Shown here: positions 28,731-43,450 of the stretch, piece after piece
How positions within the stretch are numbered: the stretch's first letter is position 1
Layout: each line of letters starts with the position of its first letter
DNA from: Eledone cirrhosa
Lineage: Eukaryota
NCBI GenBank assembly: GCA_964016885.1
Contig: OZ024761.1
Location: forward strand, 14,012,001-14,076,000
Length of the DNA: 64,000 nucleotides
Direction: 5' to 3'
Notes under the pieces: generated by a model
Databases searched by the model: none
Told to the model about the DNA's origin: nothing
What the model saw: only the letters and a program-made list of their open reading frames with translations
Position numbers and translations under genes: made by a program

Positions 28731-29365
28731 GGTGGCTGCCAACTCGTTTTCGAGTACGGCCACTACCTTATATCCATGTAGGATAACCCCTACCGAAGCG
28801 CTGAACGAGTGTGACTTTTTAGTCCAGCCAGCGACTTGAAACCTCTGGTACAAACACTACACTTGTGACAATTATTGACACATAGTGCTAGGCCCATGGT
28901 ATGACAATTATTGACACATAGTGCTGGGCCCATGTGAGGACAAGTGCAGAGAGATCTCCAGATATAAAGCAATGCCTGTGCCGTGAAGCTTTTATAGTGA
29001 GCAAAGGCACTGCACAAAGCCAGTCCCACTCTCTTAACCAAGATGATATTTACCAAAAAGAAGAACAAGTCAACATCATTGGATACCATCAGGGTTGCAG
29101 GTGTTATATCAGAGTTTTCCTTCTCCTAGAATTCTGCCTTGACTAAGGCTAAAGGGGTCATCTCTCCCGGTGATTTTGGATGGCCATTGACTCTTAAGAG
29201 CTCCTTTGCCCTTTGACAGGTTTTGTTTTTAGTCCTGCAGGATGTCCAAAGTCACCCTCCTCACCAAGAAACCTTGGTGGGGTTGCCAGTTTAGTCGCCA
29301 ACGACCCGACCATGAGACAGGTTGTACTGGGATACATGTTACCAGTAGCACCAACTGGTGACCTG
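28729..29365 (-). mobile_element. Non-autonomous bipartite RTE/BovB-like element with a 3' zinc-finger remnant (copies 41516-42110 -, 37400-37850 +, 60720-61230 -, 60330-60700 -)
   Basis: Shared 5' block ggtgctactggtaacatgtatcccagtacaacctgtc and 3' [19 protein letters not shown], typical of RTE-BovB ORF ends. No RT between them. Confidence 0.6.
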
Positions 29366-29425
29366 ACATATATATATACACATATATATACATATATATA
29401 TATACATATATATACATATATATAT

Positions 29426-29475
<50 letters not shown>

Positions 29476-29922
29476 TTGTACATGCTATATATATGTATAT
29501 ATATATATACATTTCTTATCTCCTTTTCTCCTTATTTATCTCACCCCTCTCTCTCCACTCCACAACTATCGCCCCCCCCCCCCAAAAAAAAAACTCCCCC
29601 TCACCCCTCACCCCCTCCACACCCCTCACCCCCTCTCCACCCATCCACACCCCACTCTCTCTCTCCAAACACTGATCTACACTTCTGATGTTTGCAGTCA
29701 CTTGTTGCTTGGATTTACCCCAGACACCCTTCTCCTGCATTGAGTCCCTCCACTCCCCTCACACACTATCACCCCCCACTTCATTATGTAAATTAGGGCC
29801 TTCCTAAAGTGGGAAGTATCGAGGTCATAACAAATTCTAAGTGGGTGTTTTGGGGGCGGTGGTTTTGAATGACATGGAGAATTTTTTTTTTTTTTTTTGT
29901 ATTTTATATTTTATATTCCAGC

Positions 29923-30315
29923 TAGAGTCGGATGCCATGCTTTGCAGCATAGAGTTACGGCCCTTGCCATTCTGAGTTCAAATCCCGCCGAGGTTAACTT
30001 TGCCTTTCATCCTTACGGGGGTTGACAAAATAAAGTACCAGTAATGTACTGGGATAATTGCTGGCCTTGTGCCTAAAGTAGAAACAATTATTTACAAGCC
30101 ATTGTGGTGGATTGGCAGAATTGGTAGAATATTGGACAATATGCTTTACGGCATAGAGTTATGGTTCTTTACGTTCTGAGTTCAAATCCCGCTGAGGGTA
30201 GCTTTGCTTTACATCCTTATGGGGTCAATAAAATAAAGTACCAGTGGAGTTGATTTAATCGACTTTCCCCTCCCCTTCAAATTGCTGGCCTTGTGCCTAA
30301 AGTAGAAACAATTAT
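29923..30315 (+). mobile_element. Two tandem tRNA-derived SINE copies
   Basis: A 5'-clipped copy followed by a long-variant copy. Confidence 0.85.
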
Positions 30316-30409
30316 TTGCAAGCTATTGCAATATTTATCTTTTTTCTTTTTTCTCTGCAAAAAAATAAAACTTTATGATTGTACATTTACAAACGAACCC
30401 CACACATCG

Positions 30410-31395
30410 CATTCCTTCGAAGGGCTTTTAAAGTAATGTTACTCGATAGAGTGCATAGCTTGGAGATCAGAGAGTCATTCCAGGTAGAGCCGCTACTTCT
30501 CCGAATTGAGAGATCACAGCTCTGATACTATGGACATGTGGTTAGAATGTCTCAGGAAAGAATCACTGGACAGATTTATAGCTCAGAGATCAGAGAGTCA
30601 TTCCAGGTAGAGCTGTTACTTCTCCGAACTGAGAGATCACAGCTCTGATACTATGGACATGTGGTTAGAATGTCTCAGGAAAGAATCACTGGACAGATTT
30701 GTAGCTCGGAGATCAGAGAGTCACTCTAGCTAGAGCTCCTACTTCTCCGAACTGAGAGATCACAGCTCTGATACTATGGACATGTGGTTAGAATGTCTCA
30801 GGAAAGAATCACTGGACAGATTTGTAGCTCGGAGATCAGAGAGTCACTCTAGCTAGAGCTCCTACTTCTCCGAACTGAGAGATCACAGCTCTGATACTAT
30901 GGACATGTGGTTAGAATGTCTCAGGAAAGAATCACTGGACAGATTTGTAGCTCGGAGATCAGAGAGTCACTCTAGCTAGAGCTCCTACTTCTCCGAACTG
31001 AGAGATCACAGCTCTGATACTCTGGGCATGTGGTTAGAATGTCTCAGGAAAGAATTACTGGACAGATTTATAGCTCAGAGATCAGAGAGTCACTCCAGGT
31101 AGAGCTGTTACTTCTCCGAATTGAGAGATCACAGCTCTGATACTCTGGACATGTGGTTAGAATATCCCAGGAAAGAATCGCTGGACAGATTTTACGGGCA
31201 AAACCAACCAGCAGGAGACCCAGGGGTAGACCCCAAGCAAGATGGTTGGATAACATCCATGAGCTTGGCTGATCTTGCTTGAGGATCCAGCTGGATCAGT
31301 TAGAGACGGTTGCTTCTGACAGGACCCACTGGAGGGAGTGTTTGAGGACTCTGCCCCTCACGACCCTTTCAGGAATAAGTGGGCGAAGAAGAAGA
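30410..31395 (+). mobile_element. RTE-clade LINE 3' end with an internal 123-nt x6 tandem expansion (unexpanded copies 40760-41130, 9638-9890)
   Basis: ERSQL*YYGHVVRM...RRPRGRPQARWLD...DRTHWR motifs and (GAA)n tail. Unit starts at 30463, 30586, 30709, etc. Confidence 0.8.
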
Positions 31396-33028
31396 TAATA
31401 ACCATGCTGAAAAAAAATCTGTCATATTAACTCTTTCATGACTATTTCTAATGAAATATACTCTATTTCAATTAATTAATGGAGAATTTTGAGGGATTTA
31501 CTAAAGTTATGTTGGAAGATTTTAACCTCTTCAGTGCCGTAGATGAGATAACTCATCCTAACATGTTTGAACTCCTTTCCAACAATTCATAACTTCAAAG
31601 CTAGATGGGGTCATTAGTTTATTGATGTGATGCTTGTCAATCAAAATAGTCATTTTACTGAAAAAAAAGCTACCACAGCAACTGTAGCTGTGTAAAATAT
31701 ACATGGCAGTCAACAGGTTAAATCAAACAGTATCTCTTTTAAATGGGTGGTTTTGTTTCATAAAACCAGAGCTGGTTTTGGCTGGGTTGGTAAAAAGAGG
31801 ATGAAAAAAGTTCAGGGAGCTTTTACCTCTGTTAACAAGAAAAGTTTTCTTTCTACAAACAAAAGACTGGCTGTATTATGTCTGTGTGACATGTGCAATG
31901 TTGCATGGCAGTGAATGCAGAGGATTTGCAAAGGTTGTAGAGAAATGAAATGAGCATACTTCGATGGAGGTGCAATATTAATGTGCATGAATGCTAAAGC
32001 ATGGATAACCTGAGAGAAAAACTGGCTATAAGAGGAATCAGATGAATGAGCAAGAGAGAAGACTGTGCTGGTAAGGACATATGATGCATATGGATGATGA
32101 TCATTGGATAAAGAGACACCAAGAAATCCCAGTGGAAAGTAGTGGCAATCGAGGAAGACCTAGGCAGAGGTTGTAAGAGCTGATCTTGAGTTACTGAAGA
32201 AATGCAAAGAATGGAGAGATTGTTCTGCTGGAAAAGACCCATCTAGCCCATGTAAGCATTGAAATGCAGATGTACAATGGCATACAAAATGCCTATATGT
32301 CAATCTAAGCTACAATTGAGCTACAATCTAACCAGTTAAGTTGTGTCAGAAATGAACCATTTGAACTGAATTAATTTGACCTACAATTGAACCAGTTGAA
32401 CTGTGTTTATTTGACCTACAATTGAACCAGTTGAACTGTGTTTATTTGAGCTACAATTGAACCAGTTGAACTGTGTTTATTTGAGCTACAATTGAACCAG
32501 TTGAGCTGTGTTAATTTGAGTTACAATTGAACCAGTTGAGCTGTGTTAATTTGAGCTATAATTGAACCAGTTGAGCTGTGTTAATTTGAGCTACAATTGA
32601 AGCAGTTGTGCTTTGTGTCGATTTGAGCTACAGCTGGACTAGTTTAATGAGCTGTGTATCAGTTTGAGCTACTGTTAAACTAGTTGAATTTTGTATCAAT
32701 TTGTGATACAGTAGAGCCCGTTTAGTAAGCTGTATTTCAATTTGAGCTACAGTTGAACTAATTGAGTTGTGCCAAAATGAACCAGATGAGCTGTGCAACA
32801 AATTGAGTTACTGTTGACTAGACTTGCGTTGGTCAGGGTGAGAAAACCCAAAGGCCTCTCGCAGTGGCACACCTGTGCTGTTCCTGGAGTTTACCAAACC
32901 GTCTCACAAAGAATACTACACAATACACATTATGTGCTCCTCTCCCCCATAAAAAGTAACCCCAGAATCGAGGTGCACACCTCCTCTTCCCTCTAGTTGC
33001 TATACTACTGTCTTCTGAGTATAACTGT

Positions 33029-33257
33029 TTAACCCTTTTGCATTTACATTATTCTATATTTACTATTGTATTTTCACAGTAAAAGCTTTATCTTACATAA
33101 TTATTTCACATAGTATCGAATGTACGAGATTTTTATGTTACTTATTTTGAGAACAATTCCTTAATGTAGGTATGAGCGGCAAATTACAACCGGTTTGAAC
33201 AGAGAGAAGTGAGAGAGTTTTGGCCGGATATGGCCGGTTTAAATGCTAAAGGGTTAA
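33029..33257. mobile_element. piggyBac-like MITE (~230 bp) ending 34 nt upstream of the first syntaxin exon
   Basis: TTAAcccttttgcattta / taaatgctaaagggTTAA. Confidence 0.8.
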
Positions 33258-33291
33258 TAATAATATCTTGTTTTCTCTTTGCTTGTTTCAG

Positions 33292-33366
33292 AAATGAAAG
33301 AAGAGCTGGAGGAATTGATGACAGACATCAAGCGGACAGCTAACAAAGTTCGAGGAAAATTAAAGG
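33292..33366 (+). CDS. STX1A: Syntaxin-1 internal exon (Hb helix; equivalent to human STX1A exon 4), 75 nt, phase 1/1
   Basis: Pyrimidine tract + AG acceptor (ttttctctttgcttgtttcag) and GTTAGT donor. Translates [25 protein letters not shown], matching syntaxin-1 [25 protein letters not shown]. Length and phase match the vertebrate exon as I recall it. Confidence 0.96.
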
Positions 33367-33610
33367 GTTAGTTGCACTTTATATATGTGTCAGTAAATAT
33401 ATATATACGAGGTGTGTCAGATAAAAAACAGGACTGGGGCCATAAAAACAGGACTGGGGTCACAAAAACAGGACTGGGGTCACAAACACAGGACCAGGGG
33501 TGCAAAAATGATATTTCAAATCCAAACTACAAACTACAGGTAAAATTCTGTTATAACAAATTTTTCAGTATAACAAATTTGTTTTCAATCCCCGGCCACA
33601 TGCTTGATGA

Positions 33611-36550
33611 ATATCACTGTATTATAGTAATATCTCATAATATACCACAGCCATGCTATATCACTGTGTTATAGTAATATCTCATAATATACCACAGCCA
33701 TGCTATATCACTGTGTTATAGTAATATCTCATAATATACCACAGCCATGCTATATCACTGTGTTATAGTAATATCTCATAATATACCACAGCTGTGCTAT
33801 ATCACTGTGTTATAGTAATATCTCATAATATACCACAGCCATGCTATATCACTGTGTTATAGTAATATCTCATAATATACCACAGCTGTGCTATATCACT
33901 GTGTTATAGTAATATCTCATAATATACCACAGCCATGCTATATCACTGTGTTATAGTAATATCTCATAATATACCACAGCTGTGCTATATCACTGTGTTA
34001 TAGTAATATCTCATAATATACCACAGCTGTGCTATATCACTGTGTTATAGTAATATCTCATAATATACCACAGCTGTGCTATATCACTGTGTTATAGTAA
34101 TATCTCATAATATACCACAGCGGTGCTATATCACTGTGTTATAGTAATATCTCATAATATACCACAGCCATGCTATATCACTGTGTTATAGTAATATCTC
34201 ATAATATACCACAGCCGTGCTATATCACTGTGTTATAGTAATATCTCATAATATACCACAGCTGTGCTATATCACTGTGTTATAGTAATATCTCATAATA
34301 TACCACAGCCATGCTATATCACTGTGTTATAGTAATATCTCATAATATACCACAGCCATGCTATATCACTGTGTTATAGTAATATCTCATAATATACCAC
34401 AGCTGTGCTATATCACTGTGTTATAGTAATATCTCATAATATACCACAGCTGTGCTATATCACTGTGTTATAGTAATATCTCATAATATACCACAGCCGT
34501 GCTATATCACTGTGTTATAGTAATATCTCATAATATACCACAGCCGTGCTATATCACTGTGTTATAGTAATATCTCATAATATACCACAGCCGTGCTATA
34601 TCACTGTGTTATAGTAATATCTCATAATATACCACAGCCGTGCTATATCACTGTGTTATAGTAATATCTCATAATATACCACAGCTGTGCTATATCACTG
34701 TGTTATAGTAATATCTCATAATATACCACAGCCGTGCTATATCACTGTGTTATAGTAATATCTCATAATATACCACAGCCGTGCTATATCACTGTGTTAT
34801 AGTAATATCTCATAATATACCACAGCTGTGCTATATCACTGTGTTATAGTAATATCTCATAATATACCACAGCCGTGCTATATCACTGTGTTATAGTAAT
34901 ATCTCATAATATACCACAGCCCTGCTATATCACTGTGTTATAGTAATATCTCATAATATACCACAGCTGTGCTATATCACTGTGTTATAGTAATATCTCA
35001 TAATATACCACAGCTGTGCTATATCACTGTGTTATAGTAATATCTCATAATATACCACAGCCGTGCTATATCACTGTGTTATAGTAATATCTCATAATAT
35101 ACCACAGCCGTGCTATATCACTGTGTTATAGTAATATCTCATAATATACCACAGCCGTGCTATATCACTGTGTTATAGTAATATCTCATAATATACCACA
35201 GCCCTGCTATATCACTGTGTTATAGTAATATCTCATAATATACCACAGCTGTGCTATATCACTGTGTTATAGTAATATCTCATAATATACCACAGCCGTG
35301 CTATATCACTGTGTTATAGTAATATCTCATAATATACCACAGCTGTGCTATATCACTGTGTTATAGTAATATCTCATAATATACCACAGCCCTGCTATAT
35401 CACTGTGTTATAGTAATATCCCACAATATACCACAGCCGTGCTATATCACTGTGTTATAGTAATATCTCATAATATACCACAGCCCTGCTATATCACTGT
35501 GTTATAGTAATATCTCATAATATACCGCACTCATGGTGTACTACTGTGTTATAGTAATATCCCACAATATACCGCACTCATGGTGTACTACTGTGTTATA
35601 GTAATATCTCATAATATACCACAGCCCTGCTATATCACTGTGTTATAGTAATATCCCACAATATACCGCACTCATGGTGTACTACTGTGTTATAGTAATA
35701 TCCCACAATACCCCACACTCATGGTGTACCACTGTGCTATAGTAATATCCCACAAGATACCACACTCATGGTGTACCACTGTATTATGGTAATATCCCAC
35801 AATACACCACACTCATGGTGTACCACTGTGTTATAGTAATATCCCACAATATACCGCACTCATGGTGTACCACTGTGCTATAGTAATATCCCACAATATA
35901 CCGCACTCATGGTGTACCACTGTGCTATAGTAATATCCCACAATATACCGCACTCATGGTGTACCACTGTGCTATAGTAATATCCCACAATATACCGCAC
36001 TCATGGTGTACTACTGTGTTATAGTAATATCCCACAATATACCGCACTCATGGTGTACCACTGTGCTATAGTAATATCCCACAAGATACCACACTCATGG
36101 TGTACCACTGTGTTATAGTAATATCCCACAATACCCCACACTCATGGTGTACCACTGTGTTATAGTAATATCTCACAATACACCACACTCATGGTGTACC
36201 ACTGTATTATGGTAATATCCCACAATACACCACAGCCCTGCTATAACACTGTGTTATAGTAATATCCCACAATATACCGCACTCATGGTGTACCACTGTG
36301 TTATAGTAATATCTCACAATACACCACACTCATGGTGTACCACTGTGTTATAGTAATATCTCACAATACACCACACTCATGGTGTACCACTGTGTTATAG
36401 TAATATCTCACAATACACCACACTCATGGTGTACCACTGTGTTATAGTAATATCCCATAATATACCACAGCCCTGATATATCACTGTGTTATGGTAATAT
36501 CCCACAATACACCACAGCCCTGCTATAACACTGTGTTATAGTAATATCTA
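33611..36550. repeat. 47-nt minisatellite, ~62 units, filling ~90% of the 3245-nt intron
   Basis: Unit atatcactgtgttatagtaatatctcataatataccacagccatgct; a second variant dominates after ~35520. Confidence 0.95.
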
Positions 36551-36611
36551 TAATCTTGAAATATCTTCTTTCCTACTTTTATTCTTTGCCTTTCTGTTGT
36601 TGTTGTTGTAG

Positions 36612-36685
36612 CTATTGAACAAAACATTGAACAAGAAGAACTTTCTAATAAGTCATCAGCTGATCTCAGGATACGGAAAACACAG
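36612..36685 (+). CDS. STX1A: Syntaxin-1 internal exon (end of Hb and Hb-Hc linker; equivalent to human exon 5), 74 nt, phase 1/0
   Basis: ttgtag acceptor and CAG|GTAAGA donor. Splices in frame to the previous exon giving (A)[24 protein letters not shown], matching syntaxin-1 [25 protein letters not shown]. Confidence 0.97.
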
Positions 36686-36938
36686 GTAAGATGTGTATTC
36701 ATCTATCTTCCAGATCTATGTCTCTACAAGAGAGAAAGTATGAGGTTCAGGTAAGAACAGTATGCCTTGTGTGGATAGCTACCATTATCCTGTCAGTGAA
36801 GTGTGGCAACTTCGTGTTACAGGTGTTGATAGAGGTTTCATGTTTCCTGGAGTGAGATGGACCTGTTATATTTATCTAAAAACATTTTTCCCAACTCTGC
36901 CCTGCCCGTCCCTTCAGTCTTTCTAATTTCTCATTCTT

Positions 36939-36974
36939 TCTTCTGATGAAGGACTAGCGTCTGAAACGTTAAGA
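36939..36974 (+). ncRNA. Minimal type I hammerhead ribozyme motif, second copy of the 99-134 family, sense to syntaxin pre-mRNA
   Basis: TCTT-CTGATGA-A-GGAC(TAGC)GTCT-GAAA-CG-TT-AAGA. Flanks 36900-37040 match the reverse complement of ~35-175. Confidence 0.7.
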
Positions 36975-38109
36975 CCCTCTTCCTGCTATTTCAAACGTTA
37001 ACCTAATATATTCCTTCCATATACTGTACCGATTGTGTTGTTGAACATCATCTGGTTTGCCAGCACTGTGGTCAAGTCTGCCTGAGCAAAGCTGGTTTGA
37101 CTAGACACGAACAAAGTCATATCAGTAGACCTCATGTAGATTATGATATGAAAAGGTGTAAGGAATGTGGCAAGGAATGTGCTAGCATGGGAGGTCTTAA
37201 AAGACACATGAGAACACACAGACAGAACCAAGCAGTGGAAAGTGTTGGAGGAGCCTACAGTTGCCAATGTATGTGCCAGAGGGTGCAAGTTTTTGGCTGG
37301 TTTAAAGAGCCATATTCGTGCCTCACATTTTTGTGCATTTTATCGTGCGACGGCAATGCTTGAACATGAGTTTGCAGCCATCATCTATGTATGTACGTAT
37401 GTCGCTCTCGAGTGCTACTGGTAGCATGTAACCCAGTACAAACTGTCGCATGGTTGGGTCATTGGTGACTAAACCGGCAACCCCACCAAGCCTTCTTGGT
37501 GAGGAGGGTGATATTTGGATATCGTGCGGGATGAAATAGAAGACCCGGAAAAGGGTGGAGTACCTCAGCAGAGTCAACGGCCATCCAAATAGTACATTTT
37601 TTTATTTTTCCTCGCCTGGAATGAAAGGCCACGAATTGTTGTCACAACACCTTTCTAAGAGAGGGAAACTCTGAAAAAAAAACTTCCGGCTTCGACAGCA
37701 TCCAATGGTGTTGACCAGTTCTCCTTTTTGAGTAGTGTTTTCGATGCTCAGAGACTGGGATTGGTCGAGTGGAAGGGCCGTAGCCTAAAAGTGCACCAAA
37801 CTCTATAATCTGACAAGCAATTGCAATACTCTTAGCAGAGTTTATAACCATGTATGTATGTAAATATGTTGTTTAAAATCATTCACATTCCTGCCCAAAC
37901 CATTCCACTATAGAATCTAATTCTATTTTATTTCTCTTTGCAGGTATCATGGAAGTTCTTTTGGTTCCTTCTCAGTCTTGCCTAAAACTCTCCTTACATT
38001 CATTAAATATACACAAGGATGCCAGTAGGATTCTTTTGATGAGTAGAACCATTAACTTTATATTATACATGCATTCATTAAGAATTTCCTTATCATCATC
38101 ATGATGATG

Positions 38110-39120
<1,011 letters not shown>

Positions 39121-39207
39121 TGTAGGAGGTGAGTTTTATTGTAGTACAATAAAGCAATGCAGATATCGGATAAGAAGCACTCTACAGTTTGTGGGACTGG
39201 AGTATGC

Positions 39208-39495
39208 ATAATATAAGATCAAAAGATGGTTAAAGGAGTTCAATATATTTTATTATGCGCATTTCAAAAACAAACATCATCAAACAATAATATTTGTGTT
39301 TTCATCAGATAAAACAGGAGAACATGATATGAAGGCTAAAAAAACACTTGTTGATAGTGCAGTTTTAAATCAACATATATGTTTTCATCATTATCTGATG
39401 AAAACACAAATATTATTGTTTGATGATGTTTGTTTTTGAAATGCGCATAATAAAATATATTGAACTCCTTTAACCATCTTTTGATCTTATATTAT
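39208..39495. mobile_element. Fold-back palindrome, 105-bp arms with a 78-nt spacer (Penelope-like inverted remnant)
   Basis: 39208-39312 is the reverse complement of 39391-39495. Each arm contains a hammerhead motif, and (TA)n tracts lie on both sides. Confidence 0.7.
39391..39453 (+). ncRNA. Type I hammerhead motif in the right arm of a palindrome (mirror copy at 39248-39314, - strand)
   Basis: ttat-CTGATGA-(acaaatatta/tgatgtttgt helix II)-GAAA-TGCGCA-TA-ataa, with palindromic ATGCGCAT helix III. The minus copy has a 6-bp helix I (ttttat/ataaaa). Confidence 0.7.
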
Positions 39496-39498
39496 ATA

Positions 39499-39550
<52 letters not shown>

Positions 39551-39587
39551 CGCGACCTACTTTTTTCCCTGTCCGTCTACATTTGTT

Positions 39588-39639
<52 letters not shown>

Positions 39640-39649
39640 GACTTGACTG

Positions 39650-39995
39650 AGGGAGAAGCTTAACAAGGAGATCCCTCTGTAATCGAAATAATCTCCTTTG
39701 TTTCCCTTTTTGAAAATTGAGATCATCAATCCCGATTGCCAACGCTTAGGTGCTTTCTAGAGATGCAGGCCACCCAGCGCACACAAGTCAATCAGAGAAT
39801 ACCTTCTCTATTTAAAGCTTTTAACATCTTGGGCCGGATTTCATTTTCTCCAGCAACCTTGCCACATTTGAGCTCTTTAACTACTCTTGTGCCCTCAGCC
39901 TCTGAGAGATTAGCCATTGCTCCAAGATGGATTTCCTGTCCATCAGGCGATGCTGTTATGATTGGGCTTAGGAGACCAGCAAAGAATCCTACTAG
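39650..39995 (-). mobile_element. Decayed LINE ORF2 fragment just upstream of the RT domain
   Basis: LKCGKVAGENEIRPKMLK (K.GKA.G.D.I..E.LK pattern) followed by a frameshifted [15 protein letters not shown]-like segment. Confidence 0.65.
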
Positions 39996-40022
39996 TATCC
40001 TTATATATATATATATATATAT

Positions 40023-40210
40023 AATTGTTTCTACTTTTGGCACAAGGCCAGCAATTATCCAGTACATTACTGGTACTTTATTTTATCGACCCCATAAGGA
40101 TGAAAGCAAAGTTAACCTCGGCGGGATTTGAACTCAGAATGGCAAGGGCCGTAACTCTATGCGTCAAAGCATGGCGTCCAACCCTCTACCGATACTGCCA
40201 ATTCACCGCC
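40023..40210 (-). mobile_element. tRNA-derived SINE
   Basis: Reverse complement of the dominant SINE. Confidence 0.85.
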
Positions 40211-42117
40211 CTGTGAGGTGGAGAGAATACTTACATTCATTATATATATAATGAATGTAAGTATTCTCTCCACCTCACGAGGATGCAACCCTCTAAAGCG
40301 AGGAGAACTCCCAGACATGGTCCTGATAGCAGGTGTAGAAGAAGGCTTCTTATTCCGATTGTGATCTGCAACTTGCACTTGATAGATTTTATGCTGAGTG
40401 CTGCATGGCTGGAATGGAAATCAGTGCTGCGAAAACCGTGCCCTTCATTCTCTCTGGGAAGCCTGCATAGTGCACTCAACAAGTGAATGGAGTTCCACTG
40501 AAGTAGGTAGAGAAGTTCAAGTATTTTGAGGTTGTGGGACTGATGGAAGGCAAGGAGGCTGAATTAAGTGCAAGAATTCCAGGAGCTGGTTCAGTAATGT
40601 GCAAGCTTCAGCATTCAGTGATCAGAAGAAGGGAGGTAGGTGTAAATGCCAAACTCAGGCGTCTTCAATTCGGTATTCCTGCCAAAACTTACCTATGGTC
40701 ATGAAACTTGGGTAATGACTCAAAGAATATGAACGTCAATACAAACGGCCGAAATGGGGTTCATCCGAAAGGGCTTTGGAATAACGTTACTTGATAGAAT
40801 GTGTAGATCGGAGATGAGAGAGTCACTCAGGTCAGAGCCACTACTTCTCTGAATTGAGAGATCACAGCTCAGTACTATGGAATGTGGTTAAGAATGTCTC
40901 AGGAAAGAATTGCTGGACAGATTTTATGGGCAAAACCAACTGGCAAAAGACCCAGAGGTAGTTCACGAGCAAGATGATTGGATAACATACAGGAGCTTGG
41001 CTAGTCAAGCCTAGGGATCGAGCTGGATCAGTTGAAGATGGCTGCTTCTGACAGGACCTGCTGGAGGGAGTGTTTGAGGACTATGCCCCCCCCCCCCGAC
41101 ACTCTCAGGAATAAGTGGGCGAAGAAGATATATATATTTATATATATATATATATATATACACACACATATTCACATGCATGTCTGTTTATGTTTTTTCT
41201 CCATATATATATATAATATATATATATATGTATGTGTATGTGTGTGTGTGTATATATATATGTATATTACACCTTCTCTCTATATATCCATATAGTCATC
41301 TCTCTCTCTCTCTGTTTTATATATATTTATATATATATGTATGTGTGTCTAATATAATGTATCTGTTTGTCTCTGTTTCCTTTTTCCATCCTTCCTCCCC
41401 TTCTCCGACACCTTTCGGCTACAACCTGTCCTCATGAGAGATGTATGGGAGGGTGGGCTGGGGTGGTGCATATTATATATATATATACATGCATATATAT
41501 ATGTATACACATATATGGTGGCTGCCAACTCGTTTTCGAGTGCGGCCACTACTTTATATCCATGTACGAGGACTCCTACCGATGCGCTGAACGAGTGTGA
41601 CTTTTTAGTCCAGCCAGCACTTGAAAACACTCTGGTACAAACACTACACTTGTGACAATTATTGACACACAGTGCTGGGCCCATGGTACCATGTGACGAC
41701 AAGTGCAGAGAGATCTCCAGATATAAAGCAATGCCTGCGCCGTGAAGCTTTTATAGTGAGCAAAGGCACTGCACAAAGCCAGTCCCACTCTCTTAACCAA
41801 GATGATATTTACCAAAAAGAAGAACAAGTCAACATCATTGGATACCATCAGGGTTGCAGGTGTTATATCAGAGTTTTCCTTCTCCTAGAATTCTGCCTTG
41901 ACAAAGGCTAAGGGGTCATCTCTCCCTGTGATTTTGAATGGCCATTGACTCTTAGAGCTCCTTTGCCCTTTGACAGGTTTTGTTTTAGTCCTGCAGGATG
42001 TCCAAAGTCACCCTCCTCACCAAGAAACCTTGGTAGGGTTGCCAGTTTAGTCGCCAACGGACCCGACCATTGAGACAGGTTGTACTGGGATACATGTTAC
42101 CAGTAGCACCATATATA

Positions 42118-42155
<38 letters not shown>

Positions 42156-42261
42156 ACATACATACATACATATATATATACATACATACATATATATATA
42201 CATACATACATATATATACATACATACATATATATATATATACATACATATATATATATAT

Positions 42262-42386
<125 letters not shown>

Positions 42387-42397
42387 CATCTATATAT

Positions 42398-42440
<43 letters not shown>

Positions 42441-42441
42441 C

Positions 42442-42492
<51 letters not shown>

Positions 42493-42529
42493 CATATATT
42501 ATATATATACATATATATATATATATACA

Positions 42530-42634
<105 letters not shown>

Positions 42635-43123
42635 CATATATATATAATATATATATATTTAAATTTTGAAAACCAAAACAATGTGCTAGGAAGAACGTTA
42701 AATTGCCAAGATAGCAAATAATCTTACCTTAGCAAATTTAACGATCCCAAATATTTTCGGGTTTAAAAACCCATTATCAAGGAGATTTTCGTATAAAACG
42801 TTAAAAAAAAAAAAAAAAATTCAATTCAGTGCTGTAATGTCTTGGATGAACTGGTTCTAAGGGAGATAACCCTAATTTTCTAGCTTCAGTTTTCCCCCCT
42901 TCCCCCTCACCTCCTCTCTCTTTTTGTGTCTCTCTATTTCTATCCTTCTCTGTTTGTGTTTCTGTTTCTATCACCCTCACTCTTGCTCTTCTCTCAATAC
43001 TTAGATTTCATATTCAAAAGAAAACTGCTAGCATCCTTACATGCGCGCGCGCGTGTGTGTGTATATACATACATTTATATATATACACACACACACACAC
43101 ACGCATACATGTATACTAACTTT

Positions 43124-43181
<58 letters not shown>

Positions 43182-43222
43182 TGAGAAAGTAAGGCTATTT
43201 TAAATGTCCCACACGGGTAAAA

Positions 43223-43450
43223 ATATAAAGAAAAGAAATTGAAAATGTAACTGGAGTCTTTTAAGAATATTTATTTACTTTACCGGTTTCACAGTTTTTA
43301 TGATTATCAAAGGTAAAATTGAGATGGAGGGTTTGTGTTTTTACACCATCTGAATTTTACTTTGGATAATCATGAGAACTGTGAAACCGGTAAAGTAAAT
43401 AAATATTCTTAAAAGACTCCAGCTGCATTTTCAATTTATTTTCCTTATAT
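43223..43450. mobile_element. Diverged fold-back palindrome, ~105-bp arms
   Basis: Arms share ctggagtcttttaagaatatttatttactttaccggtttcacag in inverted orientation. Decayed hammerhead-like GAAA-CCGG-TA. Confidence 0.6.

Noticed and set aside
37070-37385. C2H2 zinc-finger-like ORF (CKECGKECASMGGLKRHMRTH)
   Set aside because: The second finger is frameshifted and the sequence matches the RTE-type 3' ends repeated in the window, so it is not a host ZNF exon.
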